Shown piece by piece: positions 38,164 through 44,898 of a DNA stretch of 47,033 nt (positions within the stretch are counted from its first letter, which is position 1; every line of letters starts with the position of its first letter). Position numbers and translations under genes: made by a program. The stretch is taken from IMG/VR virus record IMGVR_UViG_3300009117_000043, positions 1-47,033 of that record; one strand, 5' to 3'. The notes under the pieces were generated by a model. That model saw only the letters and a program-made list of their open reading frames with translations. It was not told the DNA's origin and ran no database searches. This stretch comes from a virus (lineage: Duplodnaviria > Caudoviricetes).

Positions 38164-38230
38164 GCGGGCGGCACTGCCGTCCGCTGTGACCGCAAGGGGC
38201 AGTTTACAGCCCCTTGCTTTATCCTGCTCT
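38164..38230 (+). other. oriT: oriT with MOBP-type nic motif
   Basis: Hairpins at 38164-38184 and gcaaggggc/gccccttgc (38192-38217) are followed by TATCCTG|C (38220-38227), in the non-coding gap upstream of the RHH and relaxase genes. Confidence 0.75.
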
Positions 38231-38409
38231 TTTTTCGACCTCAGAGAGTACATTGGATTTCTGCATATTTGGCTGAGTTGCGGCTTTCCGACAGCTTCGC
38301 ACAAAGCCCTTTTATTTGGTACTGTGGGTAAACCTGCCACCCTGCCTGTCAGAACGGCACACAGGGGCGAACAGCGGGGCAACGGCGGCAATACATCTGC
38401 TGTGGCATA

Positions 38410-38694
38410 TCAAATCTCAGATGCTTCCTTCCACTGGATGGGCACTGCCGTCTTACTATTTTCCTTCTGCTTTTTCGCCTGAGGTGCAGGCGCGTCATCC
38501 ATGGTTTCATCAATGTACTCACGCACCGGGGCGGGCACATATTTTTCATAGAGCTTTTGCAGGGCATCTGCAAGCTCCTGTTCGATGGACGCATCCTTTT
38601 TGGCCATATACCGCTTGGTTGCCCCAAGCTTTTGGGCTTCCATACTGAGCGTAATATTTTCCTTTTTCACTTTATACATCCTCCTGTTAATCAA
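38410..38694 (-). CDS. Small ICE protein (DUF6103-like)
   Basis: LQKLYEKYVPAPVREYI motif; likely start about 38679. Confidence 0.65.
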   Translation of the reverse strand: MINRRMYKVKKENITLSMEAQKLGATKRYMAKKDASIEQELADALQKLYEKYVPAPVREYIDETMDDAPAPQAKKQKENSKTAVPIQWKEASEI

Positions 38695-39059
38695 AATCCG
38701 ATAAATCTCATTCGAGGTTCAAGCTCTGGTTCCTGTCCGCTAAAGACAGGGATCTCAGAAAAAAGCTGACTGTATTCTGCAATTTTACTTTTGCTGAGAG
38801 AGGAAAAATCCCCTTCAGGGGTGGTGTCACAAACGAAAAACGGACCGCAGATGATGTCTGCGCCAAGTCGTCTGTTCGGCTGCATACCGTTTATTTTACC
38901 TTCCTCATTGCAAACAACAACGCAGCCGTTTGGGAAGCTGATGCATTCAATCAGCCCTCCCACCTCTGCCTGTAAACCAGAAAGGTCATTACAAATTTCC
39001 TTTACAGCAGGCGGCTGCCCTGGTTCAATTTTCAATACTTTAATCATATTTGCTTTCAT
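38691..39059 (-). CDS. DUF3846-like protein
   Basis: LQAEVGGLIE..CNEEGK..PNR..DIICGPFFV. Confidence 0.75.
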   Translation of the reverse strand: MKANMIKVLKIEPGQPPAVKEICNDLSGLQAEVGGLIECISFPNGCVVVCNEEGKINGMQPNRRLGADIICGPFFVCDTTPEGDFSSLSKSKIAEYSQLFSEIPVFSGQEPELEPRMRFIGF

Positions 39060-39073
39060 AAGCGCATCCTTTC

Positions 39074-40162
39074 TTATGGTAAATAGCTTCTTGGATTTTT
39101 CTTTTCTCCGTTTATCCGAACCTCAAAATGCAGATGATTTCCTGTACTTCTTCCGGTCGAACCCACCTCAGCTATAACAGTACCGGTATCCACGGTTTGC
39201 CCTTCGCTGACAAGGATCTTGGAGCAATGGGCATACAATGTAACGAACCCGCCGCCGTGATCAACCATCACATGATAGCCGTACCCACTTTTAGAATAGC
39301 GAACTACATAAACTGTTCCAGGCAAAGCTGCCCGAATTGCAGTCCCCTTTGGGGCGCCAAGGTCAATCCCGCTGTGCCCTGCTGTTTTGCCTGTAAACGG
39401 GTCTTTGCGGTAGCCAAACTCCGAGGTGACTATGCTGCGCCAATTCTCACCGAGCGGTGAGCAGAAACCATCTGCCCCGATGAATGGTGCAGACGAAAGG
39501 GGCAAGCCATCCGACCACTGGTCAAATTCATTACCATAGGTTGGCGCAGGTCTGCCATACAGCACACGATAATAAATTTCCGTGGCGTTGATTTGGTTTT
39601 CATTTGTGACTGCTATTTCCATGGCAGAGGAAACATTTGCATAGACCACGGACAGTTCCCTAATGGGAACCGCCACGATATAGGTTTCTTCATCGGTTGT
39701 TCCATCTTCATTTGTGACAGTGCGTGTGCGCTGCTCATAGGTGACAAAGCAATCCACAAATTTCCTGTGCCCAAGCCTTGAGGGACTATCTGCGCCGAAG
39801 AACAGAGAATAAAAAATAGCCTTAACCCTTACCGAGTCGAGGCTATCTCCAGCTTCCACTTCAGCATTCACTGCGGCAATAGTGCCGTCCAAAAGAGTGA
39901 AGCTTCCACGCATATCTTCAATATATCCACGATAATCCTCTGGAACATTTCCAGAAATCACACCGCCGTTAAAGCACAAGCCCACTGCAGTATTATTGTG
40001 GTCTGCTGTGCTTGCAAGCAAAGAACAGACAATAACTATCGCTAAAATAAGGGGCGACAGCACTGCAGCGATGATCCAGAGGGCCGTTTTGCGAAAGCGC
40101 TCATCCGAAAGTGCGGCAGCTGCGGCCTTGACTGCGACTGTAATCGTTGCGGGATCAGCCAT
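39074..40162 (-). CDS. Membrane-anchored M23 peptidase (conjugation cell-wall hydrolase)
   Basis: HSGID, LYAHCS and STGNHLHFE; N-terminal TM. Confidence 0.9.
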   Translation of the reverse strand: MADPATITVAVKAAAAALSDERFRKTALWIIAAVLSPLILAIVIVCSLLASTADHNNTAVGLCFNGGVISGNVPEDYRGYIEDMRGSFTLLDGTIAAVNAEVEAGDSLDSVRVKAIFYSLFFGADSPSRLGHRKFVDCFVTYEQRTRTVTNEDGTTDEETYIVAVPIRELSVVYANVSSAMEIAVTNENQINATEIYYRVLYGRPAPTYGNEFDQWSDGLPLSSAPFIGADGFCSPLGENWRSIVTSEFGYRKDPFTGKTAGHSGIDLGAPKGTAIRAALPGTVYVVRYSKSGYGYHVMVDHGGGFVTLYAHCSKILVSEGQTVDTGTVIAEVGSTGRSTGNHLHFEVRINGEKKNPRSYLP

Positions 40163-40166
40163 ATCT

Positions 40167-40670
40167 TCACCACCATTTCAATCCGTTAAAACCAAACAGG
40201 TTCTGCTGCTCGGGCTCAGGCTCTCTTTCCATAAGCTGTTCAGTGTACTCAACTGCCTGCTCTAAAACGGCGGTATCAAAGCCTGATGTTTTGTAGCCCT
40301 CACGAATAGTATTGTAGTAAAAATCGGAAGGATAGCCCAGCCGATGCCCCGGTGTCATCACATAGACCATAGCCGAAACAGTCTTGCCGTCCAGGGTCAG
40401 CTCCATGGTCTCTTTATCATAAAGGCTCGGATAGCCTTCATAAATATCCAGAGCCGCCTCATCCTTCGGTGTAATCTTCCACAATAAAACCGGAACAGAT
40501 GCACCCTCACAAGGCTCAACGGTAGCCACAGCACCATTTTTTCCACCACGAAACAGCAGGGCGTAATCCTTTATTTCGGAGGCTCCCACTACCTTGGCGG
40601 TGGGACATCTTTTCGTCATCTGCGGTAGATTGAGGTTGCTGCCGTAGGCAATATACAGTTTATCTTTCAT
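40167..40670 (-). CDS. Gamma-glutamylcyclotransferase (AIG2-like)
   Basis: YIAYGSNL..QM..RCP and LDIYEGYP..Y. Confidence 0.88.
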   Translation of the reverse strand: MKDKLYIAYGSNLNLPQMTKRCPTAKVVGASEIKDYALLFRGGKNGAVATVEPCEGASVPVLLWKITPKDEAALDIYEGYPSLYDKETMELTLDGKTVSAMVYVMTPGHRLGYPSDFYYNTIREGYKTSGFDTAVLEQAVEYTEQLMEREPEPEQQNLFGFNGLKWW

Positions 40671-40680
40671 ATGGACTCCT

Positions 40681-41718
40681 TTACATTGACATAGTTAAAG
40701 CGGGGGACTGATCATCCTCCGCTTCCATAATAATTTCTGCTATAGCTTCTTCTGGCGGTGCCTGCACCTGTTCCCGCTCCGCTTCACGCTTCTGCCGCAG
40801 CCGTTCTTTCTGTCTTTGGGCCTGTGCAGGGTCTTTCCATGCAATACAGCCCTCCAGATGATCCAGCAGATGCTTGCGTGCTGTTTTGAATTCATCCCCA
40901 ATCATACCGAGGCGCAAAAGCCATACACGGAAGGTATATTTTTCATTGCTGGACTGGGTTTTTGCAGGGCTTGCTGACCGTTGGTTGAGCGCCTGTGCGG
41001 TGATGGCAAGGCAGAACTGAACATATGCCTTAATCTTTCCGGCATGCAGATCACCATTAAAAGCACGGAATTCCACCGTGCCTTTTTGGAACACGCTGTG
41101 CAGATTGAGACAGTGGTAACGGCTGGAATGATAGTGCTCCCGGCTTCCGTCACTGCCGTTGTACCAGATACGCTTTAGTTGTTCACGGGTTGCAGGCTTC
41201 TGCCGGTTAAGACGCTCTAAAAAGCTCGGGTCGATTTTCTGGCAGTAGCTGGTCTCCCTTCCTCGAGAAACCTTCAATGCCTTGTAGATCATGTCCTCCT
41301 TGGCTGCCATGATGTTAACTAGGTTTCTGAGCTTCGGAGCTTCAAAGGGTGCGGCATTGATGTGGATATGGATACCGCAGGAGGAATTCACAAAGGCTCC
41401 GGCTTCCCTAAGCTTTCGTACCAGCTCCTGCACCGTTTCAATATCTCTGTACTGACAGATAGGACTGACCAGCTCCACACTGTAGCTTCGGTCGGCACTG
41501 ATTTTTCTGCGCCCCTCTTTTCTCTGACAGTCAATGCTGCCGTCGCTCATGACCTTCCATTTTCGGTCAGCCGTATCCTTTGCAAAATAGGCATCGTAAA
41601 AGCTGCCCTCATATTCCTTGGTTGTACCGAAATATTCGGCAATCACATCGGCGGCTCGGCTTCTTGTAATCCCGGTCATTTCAATTTCTATTCCGAAATC
41701 CTGCCCCTGTATCTCCAT
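40681..41718 (-). CDS. Putative amidoligase (COOH-NH2 ligase, Amidoligase_2-like)
   Basis: FGIEIE, SDGSI, ELVSP, SCGIHIH, RYHCLN and TVEFR. Confidence 0.88.
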   Translation of the reverse strand: MEIQGQDFGIEIEMTGITRSRAADVIAEYFGTTKEYEGSFYDAYFAKDTADRKWKVMSDGSIDCQRKEGRRKISADRSYSVELVSPICQYRDIETVQELVRKLREAGAFVNSSCGIHIHINAAPFEAPKLRNLVNIMAAKEDMIYKALKVSRGRETSYCQKIDPSFLERLNRQKPATREQLKRIWYNGSDGSREHYHSSRYHCLNLHSVFQKGTVEFRAFNGDLHAGKIKAYVQFCLAITAQALNQRSASPAKTQSSNEKYTFRVWLLRLGMIGDEFKTARKHLLDHLEGCIAWKDPAQAQRQKERLRQKREAEREQVQAPPEEAIAEIIMEAEDDQSPALTMSM

Positions 41719-41731
41719 TTAACCACCGCCT

Positions 41732-42232
41732 TTACCACATCCTGTGCTGTAGGGTAAGGTCTTCTTTCTGCATGAGTCCTGCTGTTTCCGCAGCGGAGTT
41801 GATAAAGCTGCAAAGCCTTTCCCTTCGCCAGGTATCAATCAGGTGCCGGCCGCATTCCTCATTAAGCGCATTGATTTTCAGGACAGTATCCCGCACACAT
41901 TCTGAAATGGCGACAGGATCACCTTCTGCGGATACAAGATCATCAATGTACTCATCCAGAATATTTCCCATCAAGGACACATCCTCCGGGGTATAATGAT
42001 AGCTTCCGGCATAGGGGTTGGGGTATTCCTTGTCGTCCATGCAGTAACGCAGATGCTCTAAAATAGAAGGGCGTTCCTCATGCTCTGCCTTCTGGTACTT
42101 CTCCATAAAGGCTAAAATATCCGCTTCCCTGTTTGGGGTGTAGCGGATAAAGGACAGCATATCTTCGAGGATGCCCACTTTGTTTCCTTTCTGACTTTGA
42201 AGCTTATCCATGGTTTTTTCTCCCTTCTTCAT
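41732..42232 (-). CDS. Hypothetical protein
   Basis: Clean ORF coupled to virB4; alternative start at about 42211. Confidence 0.7.
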   Translation of the reverse strand: MKKGEKTMDKLQSQKGNKVGILEDMLSFIRYTPNREADILAFMEKYQKAEHEERPSILEHLRYCMDDKEYPNPYAGSYHYTPEDVSLMGNILDEYIDDLVSAEGDPVAISECVRDTVLKINALNEECGRHLIDTWRRERLCSFINSAAETAGLMQKEDLTLQHRMW

Positions 42233-44061
42233 TATCTGCCACCCGCCTTTCCGAAGAGCTTCTCCTTGTAGGTCGGAGCATGAACCGCAAGGTTATACCG
42301 CTCGATGCCGCATTTATACAGACAGACTCCCCGCTGGGGAAAGCGAATGAGATTGTATTCGCTTTCTTCAAGCTGGAGGGAGTCGATATAAAACTGCTTG
42401 TCGATGTTACCCGCATTGAACAAAAAGGCATGGGTCGGAATGGAAAACAGCGGCTTGGTCAGCTCCCGAATTCCATCAATGTTGAAATCCTCCAGATTCT
42501 GCGATGCCAGAATGACCGCCGAATCCTTCTTTCTCACACGCTTCATAAAGTTGCGGATATACTCTATGGCGGTCAGATTGGTCAGGAACAGGTACAACTC
42601 ATCAATGCTGGCAACGGTGCTGCCCTCAGTCAGCAGCTTGTCGCTCATAAAGGACAGCACATTGAACAGTAATGCGTTTTTCACGTTTCGGCTGGCCTGT
42701 AGGAGTCCTTTTACTCCGAACACAATAAAGCGTTCGGAGCTCACGTTGGTGTGACCGTTAAAAAATTTACTCTCCGCACCCATACACATGGAGTGGAGCC
42801 CCAACAGAATTTCCTGCAGAAGCTCTGCGGTGTAGAGCTGATACTTGGTCTTGTCGTATCCTTTATACTCATCCTCAATCAGTTCATACAGGTCAGACAG
42901 AATGGGATAGTCAGTGGCTGACAAGCTTCTGAAATCAGTGCTGTCACTGATTCCGAACATTCCGTACAGCTTACTTAGCATGATTTCAATCGCATCAATA
43001 TGGCGGTCGGAAAAATCCTTATAGCAGCGGAAGAAATCCTTAAGGAAGCTGATGTGCTGACTGAGCTTAGTGGACTGGCGGAATGCCAAGGGTGCATCTG
43101 TATCCTCCGGGCTACCGCCCTCATCCCATGTTTTCGGTTCAAGAGGGTTTATCCGATACTGACCGCTCATCAGGTCGATAAAGCACCCGCCGAGGTTTTC
43201 GGCAAGGTCAACATACTCATGTTCCGGATCCAGGCAGACGCACGTCTTGCCGGATTCCAGAATATTGCACAGGATCAGCTTTAAGAGATAGCTCTTGCCC
43301 TGACCGGAGTTTCCGAGGATGAGGATATTGGCATTGGTCTTATCTTCGTCGCGCTTGTCAAAATCCACGATGATGTTGCTGCCGAATTTGTCACGTCCAA
43401 GACAGAATCCCTTAGCGTCTGTTTTGCCGCTGTAGTTAAAGGGATAAAGATTTGCTGCTGAGCTTGCCGGAAGCACCCGTTCAAACTGGCTGCCAAACAC
43501 ATTTCTTCCTGCAGGGCCGACAGATAAAAATCCCTCCTGCTGACGCAGAATGAGACGATCCACGTTGAGCTTTGAGCGAACCAGCTCGGTCAGCACATCC
43601 GTCTGGAGGAGCTTCAGCGCATCCAAATCGTTCGCTGTCAACTCCATAAACACAGCGCAGTGCAACAGCGGCTCCCGGTTCCTGTGCATGGAGGATACCA
43701 AGGACACAACGTCCTGCAGGTTACTCTCAGCAGTGACAGTCTGCTGCAGATTATTGGTATTGCTCTTGTCCATGCGATTTTTATTGGCAGCATTGTGAAT
43801 GATTTTTCGTTCCTCGGCTGCGGTTACCTGTCTGGTATAGATACGCAGAGTCACGCCGTCTTTCTCCCCAAGGTGGCGCAGGATGGCCTGCTCAGAAGTG
43901 CTGGTAGGGTATTCTCTGAGTGCCCATACGCAGCGGTAGGTGTTTCCGCAGATAAAATGATCTGTATTGAATTTGATAATGCCCGGGGCGATCATATCAA
44001 GGAAATCCTTGATTCTTGCACCCTCGGCTTCCGGCATTTCTTTTTTTCTGATTTTACTCAC
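42232..44061 (-). CDS. virB4: VirB4-like conjugative ATPase
   Basis: GNSGQGKS, LDPEHEY, INPL, IDELY and KRVRK..ASQN. Confidence 0.92.
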   Translation of the reverse strand: MSKIRKKEMPEAEGARIKDFLDMIAPGIIKFNTDHFICGNTYRCVWALREYPTSTSEQAILRHLGEKDGVTLRIYTRQVTAAEERKIIHNAANKNRMDKSNTNNLQQTVTAESNLQDVVSLVSSMHRNREPLLHCAVFMELTANDLDALKLLQTDVLTELVRSKLNVDRLILRQQEGFLSVGPAGRNVFGSQFERVLPASSAANLYPFNYSGKTDAKGFCLGRDKFGSNIIVDFDKRDEDKTNANILILGNSGQGKSYLLKLILCNILESGKTCVCLDPEHEYVDLAENLGGCFIDLMSGQYRINPLEPKTWDEGGSPEDTDAPLAFRQSTKLSQHISFLKDFFRCYKDFSDRHIDAIEIMLSKLYGMFGISDSTDFRSLSATDYPILSDLYELIEDEYKGYDKTKYQLYTAELLQEILLGLHSMCMGAESKFFNGHTNVSSERFIVFGVKGLLQASRNVKNALLFNVLSFMSDKLLTEGSTVASIDELYLFLTNLTAIEYIRNFMKRVRKKDSAVILASQNLEDFNIDGIRELTKPLFSIPTHAFLFNAGNIDKQFYIDSLQLEESEYNLIRFPQRGVCLYKCGIERYNLAVHAPTYKEKLFGKAGGR

Positions 44062-44638
44062 CGAAAATCACCCACCTTTCTCCGTCATAGTCCTCATATT
44101 TTTCTGTGGTCACGTTCTGCTCATAATAGACTCCAAGCAGACGCTTGATATCCACATCTGCCGCCTTGCGCGCTGTAAAGCCCTGATCCTTGAGGCTCTT
44201 TTCAATGCGAGAGAGGTAAGGCTGTACATCTGCTTCCTTTTCGCCACGCAGACGGATGATGATTAAAAATTCCCTTGCGGTCGCCATCTGCACCTGCATA
44301 CGGTCAAGACCTGTCATGTCCTGTGTCAGCAGCTTTCGGATGGCTGGATTTTGTTCGGCGTCCATGCGACTTCTAAGATGTGTCTTTACATCCTCAAAAT
44401 TCTCCCTTGAATTCAGGCAGAGCATCTCAATTTCTGCGATGCCCTTTAAGACATTCATCAGTGCGTAGATTCTCGCACCGATGCTGATGTCGGACAGCAC
44501 ACTGATATTGGTAGGCTTAATCATAAAAAATACCAGCTCACCATATCCGGTCACCAGGCTGTGCGAGGTGATTTCCGCGATGCCCATGAGCTGGCGGGTA
44601 GAGGCTTTCTGCCTGTCCTGTTTCTTTTTTCTGTTCAT
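44054..44638 (-). CDS. Conjugation protein upstream of VirB4 (hypothetical)
   Basis: Overlaps both neighbours; IKPTNISVLS motif. Confidence 0.65.
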   Translation of the reverse strand: MNRKKKQDRQKASTRQLMGIAEITSHSLVTGYGELVFFMIKPTNISVLSDISIGARIYALMNVLKGIAEIEMLCLNSRENFEDVKTHLRSRMDAEQNPAIRKLLTQDMTGLDRMQVQMATAREFLIIIRLRGEKEADVQPYLSRIEKSLKDQGFTARKAADVDIKRLLGVYYEQNVTTEKYEDYDGERWVIFGE

Positions 44639-44898
44639 AATCCTATCCCCCATTCATAGCTCTGCTGCTTCCCAATGAAGAAGCGGACAGCGTTTATAAT
44701 AAAATTTAGGATGCTGGTATCCTCGAAGCGTATGGTCAAAAATGCGTAGAGGGCTGTGATGACAATGGGCGGCAGAAAATGAAGCTGCGCCAGTGCAAAC
44801 ACAGAGAGTAAAAGCCCCACTCCGATGATGCCGATGTCACGCAGCTCCCAAAGCCACAAGGTAGCCTTTGCAGTCAGGTTGTCGGGGTAGATGTACAT
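44635..44898 (-). CDS. Small two-TM PrgI/VirB3-like protein
   Basis: YIYPDNL followed by two hydrophobic segments; ggagg RBS; position upstream of virB4. Confidence 0.65.
   Translation of the reverse strand: MYIYPDNLTAKATLWLWELRDIGIIGVGLLLSVFALAQLHFLPPIVITALYAFLTIRFEDTSILNFIINAVRFFIGKQQSYEWGIGL

Noticed and set aside
37982-38482. N-terminal extension of the RHH gene and short ORFs around 38100-38480
   Set aside because: They overlap the oriT hairpins; a good RBS (aggagagg) supports the 37981 start.
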